A stretch of DNA of 64,000 bases from Lachnospiraceae bacterium UBA7225 (GCA_002473385.1 DKTR01000116.1:6370-70369); one strand, 5' to 3'. Counted from the first letter of the stretch, positions 1 through 10,475 are shown. Notes: a model not told the origin generated them from the letters alone. Numbers and translations: made by a program.

Positions 1-20
1 CCCTTTTTTAGGAGGTTTAT

Positions 21-902
21 ATGAGGAAGATTTTGGACAGATATGCAGGATATGTATTCCTTCTGCCGTGGCTGATCGGTTTTTTGGCGCTGACCTTAGT
101 ACCGATGGGGATGTCATTTTATTATTCCTTTACCAATTATAATTTGCTGAGTGCCCCTAAATGGATAGGTGTGTCAAATTATGTGAAAATGTTTACCTCG
201 GATTATCACTTTATGAATGCACTGAAGGTTACCTTCCTATATGTTTTTGCATCGGTGCCTTTGCAGCTGCTGGTGTCTTTGGTTCTGGCATTTGTTTTAA
301 ATAAAGGGGTAAAAGGGCTGTCCCTTTTCAGAGCTGCATACTACGTTCCTTCACTGCTGGGCGGCAGTGTGGCAATCTCTATTTTGTGGCGTCAGATTTT
401 TGGAATGGAGGGGATATTAAACCAGGCACTTGGACTGATTGGAATTGAAAGCCATGTAAGTTGGGTTGCAAATCCGGACACGGCAGTCTGGACACTGGTT
501 TTGCTGAGAATGTGGCAATTCGGTTCGCCAATGATTATTTTTCTTGCAGCCATCAAACAGGTACCGGCGGAGCTGATGGAGGCGGCGGCCATCGATGGAG
601 CAACAAAATTTCAGCAGACAAGAAAAATTATGCTGCCAATGATTTCACCGATTATATTATTTAATCTGGTCATGCAGATCATTAGTGCATTTAAGGTATT
701 TACAGAATCTTATATTATCAGTGGTGGGAACGGTGGCGTGTTAGATAGTCTGTTATTTTTCACGCTTCATATTTATAACGAAGGCTTCAGCAAAATGAGA
801 ATGGGATATGCCAGTGCTCTGGCATGGGTTCTTGTACTGATTATTGCAGTGCTGACGGTAATTGTGTTCTTCTTGTCAAAGAGACATGTCCATTATGACT
901 GA
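21..902 (+). CDS. Carbohydrate ABC transporter permease (MalF-like)
   Basis: Multiple TM segments, EAA loop ELMEAAAIDGA, RBS AGGAGG. Confidence 0.93.
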   Translation: MRKILDRYAGYVFLLPWLIGFLALTLVPMGMSFYYSFTNYNLLSAPKWIGVSNYVKMFTSDYHFMNALKVTFLYVFASVPLQLLVSLVLAFVLNKGVKGLSLFRAAYYVPSLLGGSVAISILWRQIFGMEGILNQALGLIGIESHVSWVANPDTAVWTLVLLRMWQFGSPMIIFLAAIKQVPAELMEAAAIDGATKFQQTRKIMLPMISPIILFNLVMQIISAFKVFTESYIISGGNGGVLDSLLFFTLHIYNEGFSKMRMGYASALAWVLVLIIAVLTVIVFFLSKRHVHYD

Positions 903-914
903 GGAGGAGAGAAA

Positions 915-1757
915 ATGAGCAAAAAACGAAAACTTGGCAGTCGGATTAAATTTATATGTCTTTTGGTCTTTGCGGCAATCGTTTTGTATCCTCTGATATG
1001 GATGATCAGCAGTTCATTTAAGGAAGAATCGACGATTTTTTCAGATCTGGGCATTATTCCAGGGGCATTTACCTTAGAAAACTACAGAATTGGATGGCAG
1101 TCGAATGGACGCGTAACTTTTACAACGTATTTCCTGAATTCTTTACTTGTTTCTGTTTTGAGCGTGGTGGGAAATCTGATTTCCTGCAGCCTGACTGCAT
1201 TTGCCTTCGCAAGGTTGAAATTTAAAGGGAAAAATTTGTTTTTCGCGTTGATGATGATGACTTTGATGCTTCCGCAGCATGCAATTATTGTGCCGCAGTA
1301 TGTGTATTTCTATAAGCTGGGGTGGCTGGATTCCTTTATTCCGCTGGTTTTGCCGAAATTCCTGGCTACAGATGCATTTTTTATATATCTGCTTGTGCAG
1401 TTTATCAGAGGGATTCCGAGGGAGCTGGATGAGGCGGCGATTGTTGACGGATGCAGCAAATATTCTGTGTTTTTCCGTATTATTCTTCCGCTGTGTCAGC
1501 CCGCACTGGTTACCACAACCATTTTCACATTCATGTGGAGCTGGAATGATTTCTTTACGCAGGTAATTTATTTGAGAACGACACAGAATTATACGGTAAC
1601 TCTGGGGCTGAGAATGTTCGTTGACCCGACCGCGAAAAGCGCCTACGGTGCGATGTTTGCAATGTCGACACTCTCCATCGTTCCGATTCTGATTCTCTTC
1701 GTTTTCTTCCAGAAGCAGTTGATTGAAGGAATTGTAGCGGGAGGTGTAAAGGGATAA
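915..1757 (+). CDS. Carbohydrate ABC transporter permease (MalG-like)
   Basis: EAA loop ELDEAAIVDGC, WSWNDF, C-terminal GGVKG. Confidence 0.93.
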   Translation: MSKKRKLGSRIKFICLLVFAAIVLYPLIWMISSSFKEESTIFSDLGIIPGAFTLENYRIGWQSNGRVTFTTYFLNSLLVSVLSVVGNLISCSLTAFAFARLKFKGKNLFFALMMMTLMLPQHAIIVPQYVYFYKLGWLDSFIPLVLPKFLATDAFFIYLLVQFIRGIPRELDEAAIVDGCSKYSVFFRIILPLCQPALVTTTIFTFMWSWNDFFTQVIYLRTTQNYTVTLGLRMFVDPTAKSAYGAMFAMSTLSIVPILILFVFFQKQLIEGIVAGGVKG

Positions 1758-1759
1758 TT

Positions 1760-2557
1760 ATGATCAGACTGGCAGTTTCTTCGCTGACTTTTGAGGGGTT
1801 TGAAAATACCCGGTTTGAAAATCTTTTTGAGAATGCGGCAAATGTGGGGTACCGGTATGTGGAGTTTAACTGCTGGTATCCGGAAATGCTTTTGCCGGAA
1901 AATATAAAGCGGATTCGCAGGCGGTGTGAAGAGAGCGGGCTGATACCGGCGGCACTGCATGTATCTGGATTTGGAGGCAATACATCAGAGATACTGACAC
2001 TGAATACCATGCATAAGCTTTATGCAATAGAGGCGGCCGCACAGCTCGGATGCAGAAGAGTCGTTGGATCGGCAATGCAGAGCTGCAGTCATCTGGATGA
2101 GCTGGCAGCCGAGACGGAATTGCTGTCGAAAGAAGCCGAGAAGGCGGATGTTCTGATTTGCCTGGAAAATCACTGTAATAATATTCTGGCGACAAGCAGG
2201 GATTATGAGTACCTGTTTGAGCGGACAGGCGGCAGCCACATTGGAGTCTGTCTGGATGGCGGTCATCTGGAGGCAGCAGGGGAGAGTATCGGGAGCTTTA
2301 TAGAAAAGCTGTCGGACAAAATAAATCATATTCATTTAAAGGAAAACAGGTTTTTTGGAAAAAAGTCATTTTGCCGTTTCGGACAGGGAATGACCGATAA
2401 TGCGGCGATGGTGAATGAAATGTACAGACGCGGATATTCTGGTTATATGTCGGTGGAGCTGTCACCCGAAATCGGCGAAGACGGAAACTTTCAGCCATTT
2501 ACGATGGAAGACCGCCGGTATCCGCTGGAACTGTTCAAAAAACTGGAAAGGGGTTAA
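1760..2557 (+). CDS. Sugar phosphate isomerase/epimerase family TIM-barrel protein
   Basis: Metal-ligand pattern LENH, LDGGH, IHLKE, SVEL. Confidence 0.85.
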   Translation: MIRLAVSSLTFEGFENTRFENLFENAANVGYRYVEFNCWYPEMLLPENIKRIRRRCEESGLIPAALHVSGFGGNTSEILTLNTMHKLYAIEAAAQLGCRRVVGSAMQSCSHLDELAAETELLSKEAEKADVLICLENHCNNILATSRDYEYLFERTGGSHIGVCLDGGHLEAAGESIGSFIEKLSDKINHIHLKENRFFGKKSFCRFGQGMTDNAAMVNEMYRRGYSGYMSVELSPEIGEDGNFQPFTMEDRRYPLELFKKLERG

Positions 2558-2559
2558 AC

Positions 2560-3549
2560 ATGTTAAATGCATTGCTGATCGGGGCTGGCGGGATCGCATG
2601 GAGGCATGCGGAGTCGCTGACGAAATTGGGGGTATCCATTACCTATGTATATGATATTCAGACAGAACGTGCAAAACAACTGGCAGAAGCATATCATGGA
2701 CAGGCGACGGAGAATCTGGAAGCTGCCATAGCAGAGGTACAGCTGGTGTATATACTCACCCCGCCGTCAAAACGTGTGAAATATGTAGAGATGGCCGTGA
2801 AGGCGCGGAAGGCAGTTTTTATTGAGAAACCGATGGCGGCGACGCTGGAGGATGCTGAAGAGATAGTGCGGTTATGTGAGAATCACCGGATTCCATGCAT
2901 GGTGGGATTTACGCAGCGGTTCCGCCCGGGATATCAGATAATGCAGAAAATTATCCGGGCAGGAGAAATCGGGGAAATTACCCAGGCTGTATCGCTGCGG
3001 ATAGGTCCTGGTCCCGGCTTTAAGGGTTCGCTGGCAGACAGCTGGAGAACCGATAAAAATCTGGTATGTGGGATGGCAATAGAATCCCTTTCCCATGATA
3101 TAGATTTTCTGCAGTCGCTCGCCGGGAATATTACAGAGGTATGCGGGGCGGTAAAGGGAACGATAGAAGAACTCCCCGCATTTGATAATAATGCGGATGC
3201 ATTATTAAAATTTGAGAGCGGAGCGATTGGAACCATTACAGCAAGCTGGAGCAGCGCCGCTGCGTACAATATCAAAGGTGTGATAGGAGAAAAGGGTTCC
3301 GTCTTTCTCCAGGGAGATGATATATGGGATTCCACCAGGCTGATTGTGGCAACAAAGGAAAAGGCGTATGAGGAGGAATTGAAGGATATTTTCAATGAAG
3401 GAACCGGATATCTGGAGGAAAGCAGACATTTTATTGAGTGTGTAAGAATGGGAAGAATGCCGGTATGCGGCGTCCGGACAGGAAAAAAGGTACTGGAGAT
3501 ATCTTATCAGATTCTGGGAAATAAAACAGAGGGGCAGACAGCAAAATGA
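2560..3549 (+). CDS. Gfo/Idh/MocA family oxidoreductase
   Basis: IGAGGIA Rossmann motif, EKP motif, GFTQRF, HDID. Confidence 0.92.
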   Translation: MLNALLIGAGGIAWRHAESLTKLGVSITYVYDIQTERAKQLAEAYHGQATENLEAAIAEVQLVYILTPPSKRVKYVEMAVKARKAVFIEKPMAATLEDAEEIVRLCENHRIPCMVGFTQRFRPGYQIMQKIIRAGEIGEITQAVSLRIGPGPGFKGSLADSWRTDKNLVCGMAIESLSHDIDFLQSLAGNITEVCGAVKGTIEELPAFDNNADALLKFESGAIGTITASWSSAAAYNIKGVIGEKGSVFLQGDDIWDSTRLIVATKEKAYEEELKDIFNEGTGYLEESRHFIECVRMGRMPVCGVRTGKKVLEISYQILGNKTEGQTAK

Positions 3550-4421
3550 AGAAGGGAATTTGTCTGACGGCAGTATATCCGCAGGCGATGAGTAGTCTGG
3601 AGCTGCTAACGGAGCTTTTTTGGAAAGTAAAAAAAGAAGGCATATATGAGAGCGTAGAATTTTATTTTGAGGGAACGGAAGAAGAGGAACAGAGGATCAG
3701 GAGTGTGCTGGAGGAAACTGGTTTATCTGCAGTATATCTGGCGGGTTTTCCTGTGAAAAGGGATCGCATTTCCATTAGCGATGAGAACGAAGAGGTGCGC
3801 AGAAAAGCGGTAGAAAGATGCCTGGATTATTATGTGCATGCTCAGAGAATTGGAGCAGAAAAAATGCTGATTCTGAGCGGACCTGTATGGGAACAGGAAA
3901 ACAAAGAGAAACTGATTGCCCGGATGCGGAAATCTTTTCTGGAGCTGGCAGAGGTGTCTGCCGGACAAAAAACAGAGATTACGCTGGAGTTTTTTCCATC
4001 AAAGAGAGAACCCTTCCTGGCTGTCGGCGATACAGAGCTTGTAAAAAAAATTTATCAGGGATTTGAAAATAAAATCGGCATTACCTTTGACACCAGTCAT
4101 GTGGTGCAGATGCAGGAGGATGTTCTTCAGAGTTTTCAGAGTTTAAAGCCCTGGATTCATCACCTGCATCTGGCAAATTCTATGTCTGCGGATGAGAGCC
4201 ATGAGCTGTACGGGGACAGGCATCCGCTGTTTTCGCTGGAAAACGGAGATTTTTCTATAGAAGAAATACGGGACATCTATCAGCGCATGCAGAAGGAGCA
4301 TCTGCTGCAGGAGGTATCCATCTGCTCCATGGAAATTATCAGCCGCGGAAACGAGGACTGGTACTACGAAGAAATAAAAAAAGAGGCAAATCATATCTGG
4401 AAAGAATGGGAGGAAATTTAA
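3546..4421 (+). CDS. Second sugar phosphate isomerase/epimerase family TIM-barrel protein
   Basis: TLEF, FDTSH, LHLAN, SMEI; ATGA overlap with upstream gene. Confidence 0.8.
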   Translation: MKKGICLTAVYPQAMSSLELLTELFWKVKKEGIYESVEFYFEGTEEEEQRIRSVLEETGLSAVYLAGFPVKRDRISISDENEEVRRKAVERCLDYYVHAQRIGAEKMLILSGPVWEQENKEKLIARMRKSFLELAEVSAGQKTEITLEFFPSKREPFLAVGDTELVKKIYQGFENKIGITFDTSHVVQMQEDVLQSFQSLKPWIHHLHLANSMSADESHELYGDRHPLFSLENGDFSIEEIRDIYQRMQKEHLLQEVSICSMEIISRGNEDWYYEEIKKEANHIWKEWEEI

Positions 4422-4422
4422 C

Positions 4423-5454
4423 ATGAAAGCAATTGTAAAAGAAGAGAAAAAAATCGGATTTTCTTATAAAGAAGTGGAGAAGCCGGCTATTTCACGGGAC
4501 GAGGTACTGATTAAGGTAAAGGCAAGCGCCCTTTGCAAATCGGATGTGGATGTATACGAGTGGACGGAGCTGGTAGACAAGGCAGATTATGCGCGCCCGT
4601 TTATTATGGGGCATGAGTTTGCCGGCGAGATCGTGGAAGTGGGAGATGCCGTGCACGGATATAAAGTGGGAGACCGTGTGGCTGCGGAAACACATATTCC
4701 GTGCGGCTACTGTGAAACCTGCAGAAATGGGAACCAGCATATCTGCGGAAATCATATGGGTGTTCTCGGCAGAACTGCAAACGGATGCTTTACAGAATAT
4801 GTGGCTCTTCACCAGAAGTCGGTTGTGAAAATACCGGACAATCTTACCTACGAGCAGGGGGCTATTCTGGAACCATTTGCTACGGCGATGCATGCTGTCT
4901 CAAAGGCAAATCCGTCCGGAAAGTCATTGCTGATTGCCGGAACAGGCACGATTGGCCAAATGGCGGTGGAGATTGCGAAATATCTTGGATGTACGAAGCT
5001 TTTTGCCCTGGATGTTAACGATCTGAAACTGGACGAAAGTAAAAAACGGGGAGCGGACATCATTATTAACGGCATTAAGGAAGATCTGGTAGAAGTTGTT
5101 AAGAGAGAAACAAATGGCTATGGTGTAGATGCGGTCATTGATTTCACCGGCAATGAGCGCGTAATTAACCAGGAGGTAGAAGCTGTCCGGATCGCGGGAA
5201 CCATCGTTCACGTCGGCATGGTGGAAAAGCCGCTTACCTATCATAATTTCATGTATGGCGTTGTCTATAAAGAATTAATTGTTACCGGTATTTTCGGAAG
5301 AAGGATGTATGAGACATGGACGGAGACAATGAATATTCTGGAGACGGGCAAAATCGATCTGAACAGCTTTATTTCTAAGCAGATGAAACTGGAAGACTTT
5401 GACAAGGCAATCGAAGAGTTTCCGAAGGTATCGGGAAGAATTGTATTTCACTAA
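4423..5454 (+). CDS. Zn-dependent medium-chain dehydrogenase (threonine/sorbitol dehydrogenase-like)
   Basis: GHEFAG, structural Zn site CGYCETC..C, GTGTIG followed by Asp (NAD preference). Confidence 0.9.
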   Translation: MKAIVKEEKKIGFSYKEVEKPAISRDEVLIKVKASALCKSDVDVYEWTELVDKADYARPFIMGHEFAGEIVEVGDAVHGYKVGDRVAAETHIPCGYCETCRNGNQHICGNHMGVLGRTANGCFTEYVALHQKSVVKIPDNLTYEQGAILEPFATAMHAVSKANPSGKSLLIAGTGTIGQMAVEIAKYLGCTKLFALDVNDLKLDESKKRGADIIINGIKEDLVEVVKRETNGYGVDAVIDFTGNERVINQEVEAVRIAGTIVHVGMVEKPLTYHNFMYGVVYKELIVTGIFGRRMYETWTETMNILETGKIDLNSFISKQMKLEDFDKAIEEFPKVSGRIVFH

Positions 5455-5476
5455 AAGGAATTGAAGGGAAAAAGCG

Positions 5477-8400
5477 ATGGAGTACATACATAAATTAGAG
5501 ACAATGGATGGAAATACGGCTGCGGCAATGGCTTCCTACAATTTTACGGAGGTGGCGGCGATCTACCCGATCACGCCATCCTCCACGATGGCGGAGGCGG
5601 TGGATAAATGGTCGTCCCAGGGAAGAAAAAACGTATTTGGGCATCCGGTCCGGGTGATGGAAATGCAGTCGGAGGGCGGGGCGGCAGGTACCCTGCACGG
5701 CTGCCTTCAGTCGGGAGCGCTGGCATCAACTTACACTTCTTCACAGGGCCTGCTGCTGATGATTCCTAATTTATATAAAATCGCCGGAGAGCTTTTGCCG
5801 GGCGTGCTGCATGTCAGTGCAAGATCACTGGCTTCCAATGCTCTGAGTATTTTCGGGGATCATCAGGATGTGATGAGTATCCGTCAGACAGGCGTGGTAT
5901 TGCTTGCATCTGCAAATGTCCAGGAATGCATGGATCTTGGAAGCATTGCCCACCTGGCGACGGTTTCTGCGAGGCTGCCGTTCGTGCACTTTTTTGATGG
6001 TTTCCGCACTTCACACGAAATACAGAAAATAGAAGTGATTGATCCCGAAGCGCTGAAAGCGCTCTACGACTGGGAGGCGCTGAAGAAGTTCCGTGACCGT
6101 GCACTGAATCCGGATCATCCGGTTTTAAGGGGAACGACACAGAACCCGGATATCTTTTTCCAGGAAAGAGAAGCGGTTAATAAGTTCTATGACCGGATTC
6201 CGCAGATTGTGCAGAACTATATGGACAAGCTGGCCGGAATTACCGGCAGGCAGTACCGGCTGTTTGATTACTATGGCGCAGAGGATGCAGAGATCGTTCT
6301 GGTAGCCATGGGGTCTTCCTGTGACGTGATCAAGGAAACGCTGGATTATCTGAACATGCAGGGAAAGAAGTACGGTCTGCTGCAGGTGCGTCTGTACCGG
6401 CCATTTTCCGCAGAGCATTTTTTGGAGGCTATCCCGGCCAGCGCGAAAAAAATTGTTGTTCTTGACCGCACAAAGGAACCGGGAGCAAACGGAGAACCAT
6501 TGTACCAGGATGTATGTACTGCTTTTTACGGACAGGATAGAAAACCGTTGATTATTGGCGGAAGATACGGGCTGGCGTCGAAGGAATTTGCGCCGAAAGA
6601 GGTGGTGGCAGTTCTGAAAAATGCCGAAAGCGACCAGCCGCGCAGCGGCTTCACGGTGGGAATCGTGGATGACGTAACAAATCTCTCGCTGCCGGTAACG
6701 GAGGTAGCAGAGACTACGCCGGAAGGAACCGTAAACTGCAAATTCTGGGGGCTTGGATCCGACGGTACGGTCAGCGCCAATAAATCAGCGATTAAAATAA
6801 TCGGAAATTATACGCCTAAATACGTGCAGGGATATTTTTCCTATGACTCCAAAAAATCCGGCGGTCTGACAGTTTCCCATCTCCGTTTTGGCGATAAGCC
6901 GATAAAATCCTCTTATCTGGTAGATCATGCCGATTATATTGCATGTCACAATCAGTCTTATGTCGGAAAGTATGATCTGCTGGAAGGAATCAAGGAAAAT
7001 GGTATTTTTCTTTTAAACTGTCCATGGGAGGATGGGGAATTGAAAGAAAAGCTGCCGGCAAAGCTTCGCAGTGAGATTCTGGAAAAGAAGGTGCGTTTTT
7101 ATACGATAGATGCATCCCGCGCTGCCAGAGCGGCAGGGATGGGAAAGCGCATCAACATGGTCATGCAGTCAGCCTTTTTCTGCCTGGGTCAGATGATTCC
7201 TTATGAGGATGCAAAAAAGCATCTGAAGGAAGAGGTGGTAAAAAATTACGGACACCAGGGAGAGCGTGTTGTGGAGGCGAATTACCGGGCGATCGATGAG
7301 GCTGCTTCTTACATTCATGAGGTCTGCACGGCAGATTTGACCGCAGAATATGTGGCGGCAGATGGAAAAACGCAGGAAGCCTGCGGCGACCAGGAATTTC
7401 TGGATAAGATTATGAATCCGATGAATGGTCAGCAGGGAGATAAAATTCCGGTGAGCGCATTTAACGGAGTGGAGGACGGGACATTCCCGACTAATACCAC
7501 GCAATATGAAAAGAGGAACATTGCACTGGAAATCCCGAAGTGGGATGCAGAAAAATGCATTCAGTGCAATCGCTGCTCCCTGGTATGTCCCCACAGTGTG
7601 CTGAGACCGAAGCTGCTGTCGCAGGAACAGTTAAACCGGCTGCCGGAGTCTGTGCGTAACAATGCAGCAAAAGCAAAGGGCTATGAGGATATGTATTTTT
7701 ATATGGCGCTCTCTCCGATGGATTGTACAGGCTGCAACAACTGCATCCAGGTGTGTCCGGCGAAAGAAAAGGCGCTGGTGTCTGTTCCGAATGATGACAT
7801 GCAGACGGAGGCAGCAGACTGGGAGCTTTTAAAGGATATCAGCAACTATCAGAAGATACGGAAAGGAATTACTATAAAAGACAGTCAGTTCCTGGATACT
7901 TATTTTGAATTTTCCGGGGCCTGTGCAGGATGCGGGGAAACTCCGTATGCAAGATTGATTACCCAGCTTTTCGGAGACCGTATGATGATCTCAAATTCAG
8001 CAGGCTGCGCGACCGTCTGGGGTGGAAGTGCACCGGCAGTTCCTTATAAAAAGGATGTAAATGGTCACGGACCGGCATGGGGCTTCTCTCTGTTTGAAGA
8101 CAATGCGGAATACGGCATGGGAATGTGTCTTGGATATCAGGCAGTCAGAGAGGAGGTCCGCCAGCAATTAATCCGCATCAGCGGTCAGCTCACGGAAAAT
8201 GATCCGCTAAAGAATGCGATTGAGGAATGGGAAGAGCATTACATGGACGGAGAAGGAACGAGAGAGCGCGCTGACCGGCTGACCGGGCTGTTTCTTGAGA
8301 ATGCGGCAATTCCGGGGGCAGAGGAAGTCCTTGAGAGAAAAGACTATTTCGTGAAAAGATCGAACTGGATTTTCGGCGGGGATGGCTGGGCATACGATAT

Positions 8401-9007
8401 CGGTTACGGCGGACTGGATCACGTTCTGTCCACAGGTATTGATATTAATGTCATGGTATTTGACACGGAAGTGTACTCAAACACAGGCGGACAGTCTTCC
8501 AAGTCGACACCGAAAGCGGCAATTGCCAAATTTGCTGTGTCGGGTAAGCGCAGGGGTAAGAAGGAACTGGGAATGATGGCGATGCAGTATGGGGAAGTCT
8601 ATGTGGCACAGATTGCGCTGGGCGCCGATCCCGCGCAGGCACTGCGGTCTATCCAGGAAGCGGAAAGCTATCCGGGACCATCTCTGATCATCGGATATGC
8701 GCCCTGTATTAATCACGGAATCAAAGGCGGGATGGGACAGACCCAGCTCCAGCAGAAACGTGCCGTAGAGGCAGGCTACTGGAACCTGTACCACTTCGAT
8801 CCCAGAAGAAAAGAGCAGAATCTGAACCCGTTTGTTCTGGATTCGAAAGCGCCAAGGGCAGATTACCGGGATTTTCTGATGAGCGAAGTGCGTTTCTCAT
8901 CCTTAATGAAGAAGAACCCACAGCTTGCAGAAGAGCTTTTCCGTCAGGCGGAATCGGATGCCTTAAAGCGGTATGAGAGATATAAAAAATTAGGAGATCA
9001 GATATGA
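5477..9007 (+). CDS. nifJ: Pyruvate(2-oxoacid):ferredoxin/flavodoxin oxidoreductase, single-chain type
   Basis: YPITP, GxGSDG, two CxxCxxCxxxCP ferredoxin motifs, GDGW TPP motif, YSNTGGQ. Confidence 0.95.
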   Translation: MEYIHKLETMDGNTAAAMASYNFTEVAAIYPITPSSTMAEAVDKWSSQGRKNVFGHPVRVMEMQSEGGAAGTLHGCLQSGALASTYTSSQGLLLMIPNLYKIAGELLPGVLHVSARSLASNALSIFGDHQDVMSIRQTGVVLLASANVQECMDLGSIAHLATVSARLPFVHFFDGFRTSHEIQKIEVIDPEALKALYDWEALKKFRDRALNPDHPVLRGTTQNPDIFFQEREAVNKFYDRIPQIVQNYMDKLAGITGRQYRLFDYYGAEDAEIVLVAMGSSCDVIKETLDYLNMQGKKYGLLQVRLYRPFSAEHFLEAIPASAKKIVVLDRTKEPGANGEPLYQDVCTAFYGQDRKPLIIGGRYGLASKEFAPKEVVAVLKNAESDQPRSGFTVGIVDDVTNLSLPVTEVAETTPEGTVNCKFWGLGSDGTVSANKSAIKIIGNYTPKYVQGYFSYDSKKSGGLTVSHLRFGDKPIKSSYLVDHADYIACHNQSYVGKYDLLEGIKENGIFLLNCPWEDGELKEKLPAKLRSEILEKKVRFYTIDASRAARAAGMGKRINMVMQSAFFCLGQMIPYEDAKKHLKEEVVKNYGHQGERVVEANYRAIDEAASYIHEVCTADLTAEYVAADGKTQEACGDQEFLDKIMNPMNGQQGDKIPVSAFNGVEDGTFPTNTTQYEKRNIALEIPKWDAEKCIQCNRCSLVCPHSVLRPKLLSQEQLNRLPESVRNNAAKAKGYEDMYFYMALSPMDCTGCNNCIQVCPAKEKALVSVPNDDMQTEAADWELLKDISNYQKIRKGITIKDSQFLDTYFEFSGACAGCGETPYARLITQLFGDRMMISNSAGCATVWGGSAPAVPYKKDVNGHGPAWGFSLFEDNAEYGMGMCLGYQAVREEVRQQLIRISGQLTENDPLKNAIEEWEEHYMDGEGTRERADRLTGLFLENAAIPGAEEVLERKDYFVKRSNWIFGGDGWAYDIGYGGLDHVLSTGIDINVMVFDTEVYSNTGGQSSKSTPKAAIAKFAVSGKRRGKKELGMMAMQYGEVYVAQIALGADPAQALRSIQEAESYPGPSLIIGYAPCINHGIKGGMGQTQLQQKRAVEAGYWNLYHFDPRRKEQNLNPFVLDSKAPRADYRDFLMSEVRFSSLMKKNPQLAEELFRQAESDALKRYERYKKLGDQI

Positions 9008-9291
9008 CCGTACGAGGGATAAAAATAGCAGAAAAAGACCAGGTAATTACGATTGTGGAAAAGGCGGATGCGGGAGCATGCCTGGAATATACAAACGGCC
9101 GTGAATGTATACAGATAACAGCGGCAGAGCAGATTCCGAAATATCATAAAGCTGCATGTGAAGACATCGCAAAAGGAAGCTTTGTCTATAAATATGGGGA
9201 GATTATTGGTATTGCCACGGAAGATATAAAGAAAGGAATGTGGGTACATACGCACAATCTGGTAAGCAAATGTCTGGCAGAGCAAGCCTGA
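9004..9291 (+). CDS. UxaA-family dehydratase small (SAF-domain) subunit
   Basis: IPKYHKAA..DI..G..VYKYGE.IG.A..DI..G.WVHTHN. Confidence 0.9.
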   Translation: MTVRGIKIAEKDQVITIVEKADAGACLEYTNGRECIQITAAEQIPKYHKAACEDIAKGSFVYKYGEIIGIATEDIKKGMWVHTHNLVSKCLAEQA

Positions 9292-9314
9292 ATGCAGTGA
9301 AAAGGAGAGGCTTT

Positions 9315-10475
9315 ATGAAAATAAAAGGATACCGGAGACCGGACGGACGGTTTGGCATCCGGAATTATGTATTGATTTTACCGTGTTCGCTGTGTGCGAG
9401 CGAAACAGCAAGATTTACCGCCCAGAATGTGGAGGGCGCAATCTATCTGGCGAATCAGGGCGGCTGCTCGCTAAGTAAAAGAGATTTAAAGGTTACGCTG
9501 GAAACACTTTCCGGAATAGCGGCGAACCCCAATATTTACGCAACGGTTCTGATTGGAAATGGCTGTGAGGTGGTACAGGCATCGCTGCTGGAGGCAGAGA
9601 TCCGCAAGAAAACGAATAAGCCGCTGTATACGCTGGTAATCAGAGAAGAAGGCGGAAGCATCAAAACAGTGGAGAAGGCTGCCAGGATAGCGGAAAAGTT
9701 ATGCGAAGAGGCCCGGAAGCTGCAGGTGGAAGAAGCTGATATTTCAGAACTGATTCTGGGAACGGAATGTGGGGGCTCTGACCCCACATCCGGACTGGTT
9801 TCCAATCCGGTAGTCGGAAAGTGCAGTGACCTGCTTGTGGAACTTGGGGGAAGTGTGATTCTTTCTGAGACGCCGGAGATGATCGGGGCGGAGCAGATTC
9901 TCGCTAGGCGATGCGCAGATGACGAGACGAAGGATGCATTGCTGAAAATGATTGCTGATTACGAAAAGGACTTTTTGCTGGTAGGCGAAAATCCGCGCAG
10001 CGGGAATCCGACGCCGGGAAACATCCAGGGCGGGATTACGACGCTGGAAGAAAAATCACTGGGATGTATTCATAAAGGCGGCACAGGCGTGATCCGGCAG
10101 GTGCTCGGATATGGCGAAATGGTTACCAGAAAAGGGCTGGTAGTCTCCGATACACCGGGACAGGATATTGCCTCAATTATTGGAATGGCGGCATCGGGCG
10201 CGCAGATGGTAGTATTTACGACCGGTCACGGAACGCCCACTGGCTCCGCCGTGGTGCCGGTAATAAAAATAACCGGAAATGAAGAAACCTATGAGAAAAT
10301 GAAAGACAATATTGATCTGGACTGCAGTAAGGTTCTGACACAGGGCAAGAGCCTGGATGAGGCGGGAGAAGAGCTGCTGGAAATGGTTGTCCGGACGGCC
10401 AACGGGAGGAAGACGAAAGCGGAAGAGCTTGGCTTCCAGGAGGTATCGATGGCGCGCTACTGCAATTTTGCGTAA
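9315..10475 (+). CDS. UxaA/GarD/SuyB-family dehydratase large subunit
   Basis: GYRRPDGRFGIRN, ECGGSD..SG, NPTPGN..GG.TTLEEKSLG, FTTG.G.P; start moved to the ATG after the AGGAGAGG RBS. Confidence 0.9.
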   Translation: MKIKGYRRPDGRFGIRNYVLILPCSLCASETARFTAQNVEGAIYLANQGGCSLSKRDLKVTLETLSGIAANPNIYATVLIGNGCEVVQASLLEAEIRKKTNKPLYTLVIREEGGSIKTVEKAARIAEKLCEEARKLQVEEADISELILGTECGGSDPTSGLVSNPVVGKCSDLLVELGGSVILSETPEMIGAEQILARRCADDETKDALLKMIADYEKDFLLVGENPRSGNPTPGNIQGGITTLEEKSLGCIHKGGTGVIRQVLGYGEMVTRKGLVVSDTPGQDIASIIGMAASGAQMVVFTTGHGTPTGSAVVPVIKITGNEETYEKMKDNIDLDCSKVLTQGKSLDEAGEELLEMVVRTANGRKTKAEELGFQEVSMARYCNFA

